A stretch of 64,000 bases of DNA from Eledone cirrhosa (taxonomy: Eukaryota), in assembly GCA_964016885.1 (NCBI GenBank), contig OZ024742.1, positions 273,606,001 through 273,670,000 on the forward strand, read 5' to 3'. The notes beneath the pieces are model-generated. The model made no database searches. It saw nothing but the letters and a program-made list of their open reading frames with translations, and was not told the DNA's origin. This document shows positions 26,495-38,456 of this stretch, piece by piece. The position numbers and the translations under genes were made by a program. Each line of letters opens with the position of its first letter. Within the stretch, counting starts at the first letter, position 1.

Positions 26495-26790
26495 TTATAT
26501 AGGGGCCACTTAATCAAAATTTAAGGAGCGGCGGTATAATGACAAACATACATTTAAAGGCTCTGATAAAAAATTCTCACCTTCACTGTCACAACTAATT
26601 TGGTCTTTAAAAGACAATAACACTAATTATTCAATCTCTTGGTACGCTCCCGCATACCAAAATTCTTCATTTTCTAAAATTATTCATCTTTGTACTGAAG
26701 AAATCTTTCATATAATTACCATTTCATATCATTAACAAAAGGAAAGAGATATTTAATTCTTGTTTGCATAAATTTTCCATGAATTTTAAT
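26495..26790 (+). pseudogene. PLE GIY-YIG C-terminal fragment
   Basis: YIGAT, FKERRYNDKHTF, SLSQLIWSLKDNNTNYSISW and LTKGK/NSCLHKF-like pieces across frames. Confidence 0.7.
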
Positions 26791-26877
26791 AATCTTTATA
26801 AATGTTCTTTAACCATTTCACCATTTACATGATGCTCTGAAATCTTATCTAAGTTGTTTATTTACAATATAAATAAT

Positions 26878-27069
26878 TGTTTCTACTTTTGGCACAAAGC
26901 CAGCAATTACCCAGTACATTACTGGTACTTTATTTTATCGACCCAGTAAGGATGAAAGGCAAAGCTAACCTTGGAGTGATTTGAACTCAGTCCGTAAAGG
27001 GACGTAACTCTATGCTATAAAACATGGGGTCCGACCATCTACTGATACTGCGATTCCACTGCCCTTTTA
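26878..27069 (-). mobile_element. SINE, full length, 19-bp TSD
   Basis: TSD TATTTACAATATAAATAAT at 26859-26877 and 27070-27088. Confidence 0.9.
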
Positions 27070-27708
27070 TATTTACAATATAAATAATAATAACTATTAT
27101 TATAGAACCTAATAGATCGAAGAATATTTTATTCAATGTTTATCGAAAACATACCTTGTATACAATACTTGTAACATTATACAATTTAGAGTTATTTTAC
27201 CATAGTTTGTTTACAGAGTTAAAATTAACAAACACATTATATATTTACTCACATAATAATTATTATAATTAATATTATATATTAGTAGCTTATAATTTAC
27301 TACACTACAATACATTTTTTATACAACAAATATAATTAGATTCACGTTCTTAAAATATATGTTAAAATATATATCTATAGTTACATGATTATCCTACGCT
27401 CATGTATATATCTATGTATATATATATGTATATAAGTGTGTGTGTGTGCGTCCGCGCGTGTGTGTATGTGTGTGTATGCATATTTCTACACTAATATTTC
27501 CCCCTCTAACGACAGCCGCACGACCAATATAAATACGCTATTTTTCAAAACTTATCTAGCGTCTATAATAACGGCCCTTTTCTCTTTTAATGTATCCTTG
27601 TTAACTAATATCCCTTTTGATTTTGAATTTTTTCCTCACTTCCGTTAGCGCGCTTATAAGTTTAACTCTACATTAAGGTATGTCAATACCTTAACACCAA
27701 CTATTGAA

Positions 27709-27775
27709 TTGTATCTGATGAAAGCACACTAAAAGGTTGTGTCCTTGAAATCTCTCTCTATATATATAGTTGTAG
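27709..27775 (+). ncRNA. Degenerate hammerhead (family of 30120), helix III overrun by (TC)n(TA)n
   Basis: TTGTAT-CTGATGA-AAG..CTT-GAAA then a microsatellite; same 5' context as 30120. Confidence 0.45.
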
Positions 27776-28008
27776 TTCCTGTCTGTTTGTTTGCATATTT
27801 GTTTGTTTATTCACGAATCTCCTCCTATGGTTTTTGGAGATAGACCCCAATAACTATAAACATTCTGAAACTACATTGGCCAGGGTACTTGGATACCAGT
27901 TGAAACAACAGTTGAACATTTGTCATCGGCAAGGAACAGATTGAATCGGGCAGTCCGTTTACAAACGAATCGAATATTATTGTTAATATTCGACACAGCA
28001 CGTATGTA

Positions 28009-28050
<42 letters not shown>

Positions 28051-28309
28051 CACACACATATACATACATATATACACATATATATACATATACACACCCA
28101 TTTATATTTATACAAGTATACACACAGGCATACACACAAGTATACATACATATACGTACATACATATAAATACACTTATATAAAAAGAAAAGGCAAAGAG
28201 TACTTACATATACGACGGAAGGAAAGAGGGCGTATGTTGATGGTAGAGGTGTGGTGGAATGGAGAGTGAAGGGTAATTACGTTTTGTGTAGATTTTTTAA
28301 AAACTATAA

Positions 28310-29730
28310 TTCCAGCGGCAGAACTAGTTTGTAGGATTTATACGTTGCAGAGATATTGTGCATGCAGCTCGGACTGTGTTCAGAGAGTTTGTTCAGGGTG
28401 AGTCCTTTTGCAAATAGTATTTCATAGCTCTCCGAAATACAAATGTTCCAGCACGTTCCCTGAAGAAATTACCACTTGAGCGTGAGGGGGTGAAATTCTC
28501 CTTGATGTCCCAGACATTCATTTGACTGGATTGTCCGGTTCTCTGGACGAGTATGTATGGGCATAAAACCGGGTCTTAAATGTATTTGATGTTATTCCGA
28601 TATATCATTTTTTATTTGCTGTAGTCAATGCCTGTGACGACATCACATTTATATAAGATGTTATTCATCAGGCATTTGTTTTCGAGTAGATACGCTTCCT
28701 TATTGTGGTAGTTGCACAAGCCTCTCGTCTAGTGGTGGGTTTCAGAGGTAGTAGGCTTATTTAATTTAGTTGTGTTGAGGTTGGCTATATTCCTAGCTAA
28801 GTTTGGTGTCGTTGAGTGGGAGTGTAATCGTTTTCTTATTAAAAATAGTGTAGTACCTATATTGTATGTTAAAGTGTTTATTTCGCCATTTGAAGAAAGT
28901 CCTAACTATTGGTGTAGATACCTCTCTGTTGAAATGAGGGTTGAACAAACCAAATTGCCTATGCTTATGTCTTCTAAGTGGTCCTGAGATATTTTATAGA
29001 TAGGTAATCGTATATTTAAAGCCACTGTGGGCGAGAGCTTAATTGTAATTGAAGTACTTTTAATTAATTTATCAATAATAATTTTGGAGTGGCTCGAATA
29101 AACATATATGTATCTAGTGATTCATTAGGTTTGTGATACAGGTAATAAAGGGAAGTTTCTAAAACTAAGGCAACATCTACAAAATTGACCCTAGTTATTT
29201 TTGATTCAATGGTAAATTCAAAGCGGAAGAAAAAGTATAATTTTTTCCTAAATACATCAGTGGTTTAGGTATTTAAATTGTGCAAAGCAAAAATACCTCT
29301 TCACGTTACAATCCTCCGTTCAGGGCTGATTCTTCAAGTGGTATAGGATATGCAGGCCCAGCAGGTCACTAAATTCTAGAAAGTCACTTGCTACCATACT
29401 GACGTCAAATGTGGTTTCAGACGTAAGATTAATCCAGTAAGAGCCTTCGGGAGATAAGAAGGACTTACGGGCGTGGAACATCACGTCCTGTTCAGCATCA
29501 GTGATGGTGGTATATTTCCTAGCAAAATCAAGAGCATCATTTACTAGTGGCTTTGAGATAGAAACGTAGTAATCTTCTATATTCAGTTGCAGAAAAAGGG
29601 TATTACATTTATCAAGGATTTCTTGGAACAAAGAGATTACCTGAGATGTTCTGCTCCAGAGTGGGAGAGGTCATGCTTCACGCAGCGACGGTAATATTTT
29701 ATTGAGGATTTCTTTACTGTTAAAGTAATT
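28310..29730 (-). pseudogene. Decayed PLE RT + GIY-YIG
   Basis: LQLNIEDYYVSIS..ALDFARKY..HARKS, FDVSMVASD..DLLGL; WFNPH-like and endonuclease pieces toward 28.3-28.9 kb. Confidence 0.85.
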
Positions 29731-29754
29731 AGCCTTCTGGTCTGTACCCTTAAT

Positions 29755-29803
<49 letters not shown>

Positions 29804-29865
29804 TATATATATATAAATATATATATATATATTTATATATATATATATTATATATATATTATATA

Positions 29866-29936
<71 letters not shown>

Positions 29937-30024
29937 GGAGATGTATTTAATTTGTTGGAATTCCGACAAACATAAATATTTATAACTGATATAGAGCACT
30001 CAACAAGTTGGTGGAGTAAATATT

Positions 30025-30225
30025 CCAAGATAATAGTAAATGGAAACTATCCAGCGAATTTCGGACAATTAAGGTGTGATTTCCTTGGGTATGTCATTAT
30101 TGATAAAACAAATTTTGTATTGTATCTGATGAAAGCGCACCAATAATTGCTTGATCGCCCTTGAAATATATATAATAAAATAAATATGGTTTTATAAATA
30201 TAGTTTCCATTTACTATTATCTTGG
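30025..30225. repeat. Short fold-back element, 26-bp perfect arms enclosing a hammerhead
   Basis: CCAAGATAATAGTAAATGGAAACTAT (30025-30050) and ATAGTTTCCATTTACTATTATCTTGG (30200-30225). Confidence 0.9.
30120..30180 (+). ncRNA. Minimal type-I hammerhead ribozyme
   Basis: TTGTAT-CTGATGA-AAG..CTT-GAAA-TATATA-TA-ATAAAA; one mismatch in helix I. Confidence 0.7.
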
Positions 30226-30286
30226 TATATATATATATATTAATACAACATATTAATAAATATAGACATTCATGTGATCAAATATA

Positions 30287-30348
30287 TTTTATTATATATA
30301 TTTCAGAGATACTGTGCTTTTTCCTCAGTACGTCCTCATCAGATAAAA
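30287..30348 (-). ncRNA. Minimal type-I hammerhead ribozyme (left arm)
   Basis: Minus strand TTTTAT-CTGATGA-..GTACTG..CAGTAT..-GAAA-TATATA-TA-ATAAAA. Confidence 0.8.
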
Positions 30349-30455
30349 CAAATTGATGTCTGATATACCTCAACTGTGCTGATGGGTCAACTCCAGTCTT
30401 GGCAAGACTGGAATTGAACCATCAGCATATGTGAGGTATGTCAGACATCACTTTG

Positions 30456-30517
30456 TTTTATCTGATGAGGATGTACTGAGGAAACAGCACAGTACCTCTG
30501 AAATATATATAATAAAA
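30456..30517 (+). ncRNA. Minimal type-I hammerhead ribozyme (right arm)
   Basis: TTTTAT-CTGATGA-..GTACTG..CAGTAC..-GAAA-TATATA-TA-ATAAAA. Confidence 0.82.
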
Positions 30518-30659
30518 TATATTTGATCACATGAATGTCTATATTTATTAATATTTTGAATTAACATTAATAACTCCAGAAAACTGTATTGTTGAGTGCT
30601 TCTAATCTATTGTATAACTATATTCATGGACTAATCAATGAACCTTGTTTAACTTTTGG

Positions 30660-30724
<65 letters not shown>

Positions 30725-31436
30725 TAACAGATTAAAGTTTAAGCAAAGAATCGCTGCTTTCACCCTTAACGGGATCTTTTGGAAATAAAAAAAATCAATC
30801 TGTGAACGCAGAAGTAAATATTTCTAAAAACGTTGCAACCGACGGAAGACAGGAAGACCAGACTTTGGTTCGTGGAAACGCACCCTTGCAAAGAACGAAA
30901 AAAAAACGAAGATAATACGTCATTATTTGGAGCGCAAAACAATTACACGCAAAGATAAAACCATGTTTATGGTATAAATGAAGTCGTAGACTAATATTCT
31001 ATTAGGTGGTTCGTGGAGACGTCCTTTGGCAATGAACGGAAAAAACGATCCCGTTAAGGGTGAAAGCAGCGATTCTTTGCTTAAACTTTAATCGTATGAT
31101 TTGCACAAGTAGAAGAAAGTTGTTGAAGAAGGTTTCATCTACTCTTTTAAAATGTCTATCTGTTGTTTCTATGACGCAGACATTGTTGTAGGCAAAATGA
31201 ATCCAAAATCAATAAGACAATTGAACCGTGTGGAAATGGAAGCACCAATGGAAACATAAATTTTAAATCTCCGAAGCCGTTTATGAAAGTATTGAAGAAG
31301 ACAAGAAAACACACTTCGATCTTCCGACTTGGAAGAGGCTCCTATCAGAAGAATCCAAATCATCACTTTTCTTACCTGTTGTACAAACCTGGCCGGTCAC
31401 AAACATTCTAAACGTTCTATAGAGTTATGAAATAAT

Positions 31437-31621
31437 TGTTGCTACTTTTGGCACAAGACCAGCAATTTCCAGTACATTACTGGTACTTTATTTTATCGAC
31501 CCCGTAAGGATGAAAGGCAAAGTTAACCTCGGCGGGATTTGAACTCAGACTGTAAAGGGACGTAACTATGCTACAAAGCATGGCGTCCAACCCTCTACCG
31601 ATACTGCCAATTCACCGCCCT
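31437..31621 (-). mobile_element. SINE, full length, 15-bp TSD
   Basis: TSD GAGTTATGAAATAAT at 31422-31436 and 31622-31636. Confidence 0.9.
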
Positions 31622-32399
31622 GAGTTATGAAATAATACATATGAATAAGCCATATATGACGAACATCATTAAGTAATGTCAGTTTCATGAGGAGATAAAA
31701 CGCCTCCATTATTTAGAAGGAGAAATAAAAACAAAAGAGTTTATCATTCATGGAAAACTGTAAGTCAGGTATTAAAAAAAATCAAAAAAAATCACAAGGG
31801 ATTGACACACCAAATTCACTATTCCCCTTTTACTTTGCTCCACTTTTCAAATTAAATGACACGACGGTTCAGTTATATTCAAATATTGTAAGCGCGTCCT
31901 TTGAGAAAATCGTTACGATGTTTGCGAAAATGTAAAACAAATATATCTCAGATAGAAATGTTAACTTTTATTTCTATATACATTTTTTATATAATTGTCT
32001 GCTGGTGGATTTTGTATTTCGCTCTATATCTTCACCATTAACAAGAGGAAGGCAACGACGACAACGGTGACATTAAAAAACACCTCTACCATTAACAAGA
32101 GGAAGCCAAGCCCAGCATCAGTGACTCACCTCCAGCCACAAGATCCTATGACAAACTGCTAAGTTTCTCGCATGTGTGCGTGCCGAGCAGCGGGTCTTAC
32201 CGCTGGGAACAACACCCTGTTTTCTCCCTGCCCCCTGTTTTTTTACGTTCATCCATTCACTCATTCATTTACTAACATTCTACCTTTCTGTGTCTCCTCC
32301 TCCATGCAGCCCCTTCTTTTCTCTCTTGTTTTCTGACACCTCGATATATATAGGTGAGTTATGAGCCCCTCTTACCAGCACTTTCCCTTCCACCCACAC

Positions 32400-35013
32400 A
32401 CGCCAGCCACCCACCCCTAATGCCGCTCGGTGACTCAGAATCCCGAGAGCGGCACGGGTGCCGGTAGCCGATGCCCTCGCTTCCTCGATTGAGAGCGCCC
32501 TGGACTCCAATCGAGCCAGTGACTGGGAGTGGCTGTCCTATATCGCCCCACTCGCCCTCGGCCTACCCAGCTCTGGCGCTGACCGGGGCGACCGATCAAC
32601 AGCAGCCTTTGTCAAGGCCAATGTCTCGTCCTTTGAGCGAGAACCCATTCCAAGCGTGCCCAGGGACACCACACAGCCCACCCTCAGGTACCCTCTATCC
32701 GCCACCCACGAGGCCAGCGCCAAGCGTTTGCGTGACCAGGCAAACGCGAAGCTTATGATGGGTGATATCTCGGCCGCAGTTAGAGGTGTTGCCTCAGAGG
32801 AAACTGTCCTCCAACCCACCGAGGAGATCCTGGCTGCTCAGCGACTCAAAAACCCTGAGCCACCCACTGATGTCAGTTCCATACCTCCACCCGATCTCAC
32901 TTGCTCCTTGTGGCTTCTGATGCAGACATCATGTTCGCCATCAGGTCCTTCCCAGCTAGCAGCTGCGGAGGTGTTGATGGTTTCCGACCAGGCCACCTCA
33001 GGGAGTTGACATCCCCCTCTCGGCTGAGGCCGGGCACCCCCTTCTGAGTGCAATAGTGGCACTCACCAATAGGCTCATCCATGGTGCCCTGGACCCTTAC
33101 GCCCAACGCCTCACCGCTATCAGGAAGAAACAATGTCTTCCGGAAACTGGCTGCCAAGGTGATCTGCAAGTCCGTAACACACGAACTGGGTGAGGAGTAT
33201 ATTCCGATGCAACTGGGTGTTGGCGTGTCTGGTGTCTGTGGGGGGCCGTTCATGCAACCAGGCAGTTCTTCAACAGCTGCCCATCGGAACCGGCATCCAG
33301 GGACTCCAGGCAGCTCATCGTCACGCTTAACATGAAGAATGCCTTCAACTATTTACGCCGGGATCATCTGTTCGAGGCCTGCCTCAGCCGATCCCCATCT
33401 GCCTAACCGCTTGCCTACCTGGCAGATGGAGACCCGAGCATGTTCCTCGTTGCTATTACGGTCATACCCTCGGCTACTGAGGTCCAACAACAGGGCAGCC
33501 CTTTGGGACCCCTCCTGTTCGCCCTCGGTATTGACCACATCGGCCGGAGTATCACGGCCCATCTCAAAATTTGGTATCTGGAGATGCTACGTTGGGCTGG
33601 CCCGTACGGACGGTCTGCCATAACCTTCAATCTGTGGTTCCTTCCCTGGCGGTAATCGGCCTCCAGGTCAACTCTGCCAAGTCGGAGGTGGTGAATGTCA
33701 GCCTCTATGTTGCGAGCTTTGCAGCCTTCGTCTTGGACGTTCGGTCCATCCTCCGCCAGGTTCAGGTGACTCCCAAAGAGGATGTCCTCATCCTCGGGTC
33801 ACTGATCCACCCGCCAGCCATCCGCTCCACCATGAGGTCCAGGCTTCATCAGCTCTAGACTCTCACGAGCCGACTGGGCTTCATTGACGACCACCCAACT
33901 CTCTTTCTGCTGAGGAACGGCTTCGCCAAGTCAAAACTCCTCTATACACTCCGCAGCGCTCTGTGCTACACCCAGACATCTCTCCTCGCTGACCTTGATA
34001 CTTGTATCCGAACAGCAGCCGAGGAGATATGTGACGTCAAGTTTGACGACATAGGGTGGCAACAGGCCACTTTACCTGTCAGGTATGGCGGCCTTGGCCT
34101 CCGGTCCCCGATCTCACTAGCTTTGCCGGCGTATCTTTCGTCGGTAACCTCGTGCCACGTCCTCGTCAACAAGCTTCTTGAAAACACAACAGAACCCTCT
34201 GTGTTCAGAGAACGTCAAGCCGCCTGTGAGACGCGGGACCGGCTGGGACTTAGCCCAGTAGACGTCCCTCCTCCTTCTCCGCCCTTGTTGACGCCAAGTC
34301 CCCCCAACGCACTTGGGATGCCATCCAGTGCAGCCTGGCTTCAGACAGGCTCAAGCGCCAGCTCGACCAACGTTGCCTTGCTTGTTTTCGTGCGGCCTCC
34401 AAACCCCCAGAAGGTGCCTGGCTCCATGTCCTGCCCTCTTTCTCCACTGGCACGCAGATAGACAAATATAGCTTGCGCATCGGCGTTTCCCTGTCGCGAC
34501 AGTGCCGGCTGCATTCCCCGCCATGCTGCCCTCAACGAGGTCATTAAGCAAGGCTTGGACGCTGCGGGCTTCCCTTCCCAGCTCGAGACGGTGGGGCTGG
34601 ATCGAGGGGACGGCAAAAGGCCAGATGGCATGACCATCTTCCTGTTCCGGGGTGGCAAACTCGTCATCTGGGATGCCACATGCACCGACACCTTCTGCAG
34701 CCGCAACCTAGTGAAGTCTGCGACTGACCCAGATTCTGCTGCACGTCGGAATGAGGGGGTCAAACTCCTCGAATACCGGTCGCTCTCCGACGGGTTCGCC
34801 GTCGTACCCCTGGCAGTGGTGGCTTCTGGTGTCCTCGGCCCCAGGGCTACCTCCCTACTCACCACGATAGGCGCTGAGCTGGCCAGCCGCAGGTGTGAGC
34901 CGCGCGAGTTGGAGTGGCTTTTCCAGCGCGTCTCCCTTGCCCTCCCCCGGGGAAACGCCTTTTCTATTCAGTCCGCCGGGTCTGTGGGTGGGCCCCATCG
35001 CGTACCGTTGTAG
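32400..35013 (+). mobile_element. CRE-like non-LTR retrotransposon (RT + C-terminal restriction-like endonuclease), frameshifted
   Basis: QLGVGVSG, VQQ(Q)GSPLGPLLF, WYL, LPVRYGGLG, RHAALNEVI, KRPDGMT..IWDATC, VPLAV..G..G, FQRVSLALPRGNA. GC-rich block. Confidence 0.88.
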
Positions 35014-35623
35014 TTGTTGTATACAGATATTAACACGCTCCAAATAATGACGTATTATCTTCGTTTTTATCCGTTCTTGGCCAGGGAATGTTTCCACGAA
35101 CCAAAATATCGTCTTCCTGTCTTCCGTCGGTGCAAATTTCTTTCGACATATTTACTTCTGAGTTGTCAGATTGATTTTTTTTAGTTTCAGAAGATCCCGT
35201 TAAGGGTGAAAGCAGCGATTCTTTGGTTAAACTTGAATCGGTTATTTTAATAAATATTTGCTCTATGGTCCTTATATATTTGATATATATTTATCCTTAT
35301 CGGGCCCTCTTTGGATTTTAGTCTTCAAATGTATTATTATTACTATATATATATATAAACGGAAAAAATGAAACGAAATCTCATTTCTCACTCTTAGTAC
35401 AGCTGTTACTTAAATATAAGTATGTATACGTACATACATATATGTATACAGACGTACAGTAGTATGTATATATATACATACATGCACACATATATATATA
35501 TGAAGGTATGAATTTCCCGAACATTTATTACAATGCTCGGTTTGTTTATAAACAAACATCCCGAATTAGGCCGTACAGTGTTTAGCAACCATCGTTGCCC
35601 TTTTGTTCAACACTGACAAAGAA

Positions 35624-35665
35624 ACGATACACTAGTTTCAAGCTTATTAGCTACGTCAGCACCGT
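35624..35665 (-). ncRNA. Hammerhead copy, probably inactivated
   Basis: Minus strand ACGGTG-CTGACG(-)-TAGCT..AGCTT-GAAA-CTAG-TG-TATCGT: one core base is missing and the cleavage site reads GUG. Confidence 0.6.
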
Positions 35666-35963
35666 ATACCTTCTGCCAGATGATTGAATGTCTGAAAGTA
35701 TATACTTTCCTTATGCATATTAACGGCTGAGCAGCCTAATTTGCATATCGAGTGAGTTAATCGGCCGCGCGCACCGAAAACGATAAACGGAAAAAATGAA
35801 ATGAAATTTAATTTCTCACTCTTAGTACGGCTGTTACTTATATATAAGTATGTATACGTACATACATATATATATACAGACGTACAGTAGTATGTATATA
35901 TACGTTAATATGCATAAGGAAAGTATATACTTTCAGACGTTCAATCATCTGACAGGAAGATAT

Positions 35964-36006
35964 ACGGTGCTGACGATAGCTAATAAGCTTGAAACTAGTA
36001 CATCGT
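35964..36006 (+). ncRNA. Minimal type-I hammerhead ribozyme
   Basis: ACGGTG-CTGACGA-T-AGCT-aata-AGCT-T-GAAA-CTAG-TA-CATCGT. Confidence 0.85.
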
Positions 36007-36517
36007 TCCTTTGTCATTGTTGAACAAAATGGCTACGATGGTTGCTAAACACTGTACGGCTTAATTCGGGATGTTTGTTTACAAACAAACCGAGCATTAT
36101 AATAAATGTTCGGTGAATCCATACGTACATATATATATAGATATGTGTGCATGTATGTATATATATACATACTACTGTACGTCTGTATACATATATGTAT
36201 GTACGTATACATCCTTATATATATATATATATGGGATTTCTTACTCTTGTCTATCTTTCATCTCTCATTCTAATTTCTAATGAAACTTTAGGAATTATTT
36301 CCTACCTTATCAAGTGTTAAAACAATATATCATATGAATTTAGGTAAAAATGGCTCAAATGGTGGTGCAATGGGCAGAAAATGGATCGGGGTACAAAGGA
36401 CTTCGGCCGAAGAATTAGCTCCTTTAGGGATTCTGTGACCGGGTCAAGTTTAAGCCTTACTGCAGCTGATGTTTTTTATACTGAAGAAATAGGAAAAAGT
36501 AGTAAACTACTACTACG

Positions 36518-36551
<34 letters not shown>

Positions 36552-36555
36552 GTAC

Positions 36556-36902
36556 ACATATACCCGCCTCTTAATGAGAGTGCAAAACCTATCCTGGAAA
36601 CGACATCCCACCTTGTCTAAAATCTATGGCAAACTCCCTCGAGCCTCTGCCCTTCTAAAATCCCGGAGAGCTCAATTTGCTGGCCACTGTCACCGTGCCA
36701 GCAATGAAATCATATCCGCTCTCTTGCTCTGGAACCCTGACTCCAGCCTGACTAGGAGTAGGAGGCTGTCATTCCCTGACGTTATCTCTAGGGATACGGG
36801 AATCAGTAGACAGGACCTGGGGGCAGCGATGGGGGACAGGGAATTCTGGGGCATGAGAGTGAGATCCATCATCTCGACAGTACTCGACGAATGATGATGA
36901 TG
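36556..36902 (+). mobile_element. 5'-truncated RTEX/RTE-like LINE 3' end inserted in (CTA)n
   Basis: RVQNLSWKRHPTLSKIYGKLP..RRAQFAGHCHR..LLWNP..MGDREFW; (ATG)n tail; ACTAGTAC repeated at 36548 and 36903 (likely TSD). Confidence 0.85.
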
Positions 36903-36907
36903 ACTAG

Positions 36908-36950
<43 letters not shown>

Positions 36951-37017
36951 GCTGCTACTACTACTGCTACTACTACTAACACCAATGCTATTGCTACTAC
37001 TACGGTTATCACCACCT

Positions 37018-37060
<43 letters not shown>

Positions 37061-37120
37061 AACTACTACTCCAACCACTACCACCCTATACAACTACTAA
37101 CACTACTACCACCACCACCA
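36903..37120. repeat. (CTA)n / (CCA)n trinucleotide tract
   Basis: Direct reading; it also lies on the left side at 36507-36551. Confidence 0.95.
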
Positions 37121-37178
37121 CTTGTGCTATGTTTACCTTGCCATTTTTACCTGAGCCATTTCTACCGTTCATCATCTA

Positions 37179-37367
37179 TCTATATATTAGCAAATGTCTG
37201 TGATTGCTTACTTGCTTCTCTGTAATCTAATACAGCCAAAAGGGCGCATAATGGGAAAATACTTTGAAAGGAAGTTGACGCTGAAATGGGAATACAAATG
37301 TAAAAAATGTTCGCTTAACACGAAGCATGAGTACACGAGATATGGGGTTTTCTGGGTACCTTCATAA

Positions 37368-37415
<48 letters not shown>

Positions 37416-37614
37416 TAGGGTTGAGAGAAAGAGATAGTGGTTGTGAGAGAGTAGATTGAAAGAGAGGCATAGAGAGAGGGTGAGGAGACAGAGAATGAGA
37501 ATGGAAGAGAGAGAGAGAGCTGTTAGTTTTGTTGTGTATATATGTGTGTATGTACATATATGTGTGAGTGTCTATGTGAGTGTTTATATATATATATATG
37601 ATATATATACACTG

Positions 37615-37668
<54 letters not shown>

Positions 37669-37822
37669 ATACACACACACACATTTACATATATACATAC
37701 ACACACACATATATATGGGCCTCTGTGTATATTTTAATTATTTGGAAATTATTTTTAAGTGAACATGATTTTTTAAAAATATTTTGATGCAACCGTGACG
37801 CAAAGGGTCACGGTTGGTCTAG
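37179..37822 (+). mobile_element. Non-autonomous Helitron, copy 1
   Basis: 5' TCTATATA start; 3' hairpin AACCGTGAC/GTCACGGTT followed by CTAG|T. Confidence 0.75.
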
Positions 37823-38088
37823 TATACGACAGAAACTCTGTAATTGCTTGCTTGCTTCTCTGTAATGTAATACAACCGAAAGGGCGCATAATGGGAAAAT
37901 AATTTGAAAGAAAGTTGACCCGGAATGGGAATACAAATGGAATAAAACATGTTTGGCGTAAATCACTGCACGGTTTTCCCGAGTACCTACAGAGAGAGAA
38001 GAATAGAGAGAAAGAGATAGTGGCTGTGAGAGAGTAGATTGAGAGAGAAACTTAGAGAGGGAGAGAGAAGGAGAAGAGAACCAAATTG

Positions 38089-38156
<68 letters not shown>

Positions 38157-38239
38157 CGAGCGAGAGAGAGAGCTGTTGGGCTGTTGAATGAAATTAAAGC
38201 GGTGACTTCAAAGAAATGAATAAAGCATTACTCTGTGTT

Positions 38240-38272
<33 letters not shown>

Positions 38273-38456
38273 CTGTCTGTCTATTTGTGACCAGTGTATA
38301 TAGGTCACATACACCCGCATATACACACACACACACGCGCTCGAACGTATGGGCCTTCCAATTTCATTCTACATTATATACATGTCTTTGTATATGTAAA
38401 TTATTTAAAAATTATTTTTTAAGTGAACGTGACGCAGCGGGTCATGGGTGGTCTAG
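37823..38456 (+). mobile_element. Non-autonomous Helitron, copy 2 (head-to-tail)
   Basis: Homologous 5' block (TTGCTTCTCTGTAAT..AAGGGCGCATAATGGGAAAATA) and 3' CGTGAC..GTCATG..CTAG|T. Confidence 0.7.

Larger units (their letters stand above)
30240..30564. repeat. 325-bp palindrome centred at 30402 with a hammerhead on each strand
   Basis: Arms pair through TCCAGTCTTG-g-CAAGACTGGA; about a dozen mismatches by eye. Confidence 0.93.
30717..35252. repeat. Long-range inverted repeats 30717-30934 / 35036-35252, plus a local perfect 47-bp IR 30730-30776 / 31047-31093
   Basis: Shared blocks GATCCCGTTAAGGGTGAAAGCAGCGATTCTTTG, GTCTTCCTGTCTTCCGTCGG and CGCTCCAAATAATGACGTATTATC occur in opposite orientations. 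Confidence 0.85.
35357..36231. repeat. Complex fold-back of a hammerhead-bearing pLTR (inverted ~35415-35726 / 35903-36220; direct 35357-35478 / 35784-35902)
   Basis: Direct sequence comparison; a third copy lies at 22360-22640. Confidence 0.88.

Noticed and set aside
36869-37203. Thr-rich or Val-rich mucin-like ORFs
   Set aside because: These are a (CTA)n microsatellite.
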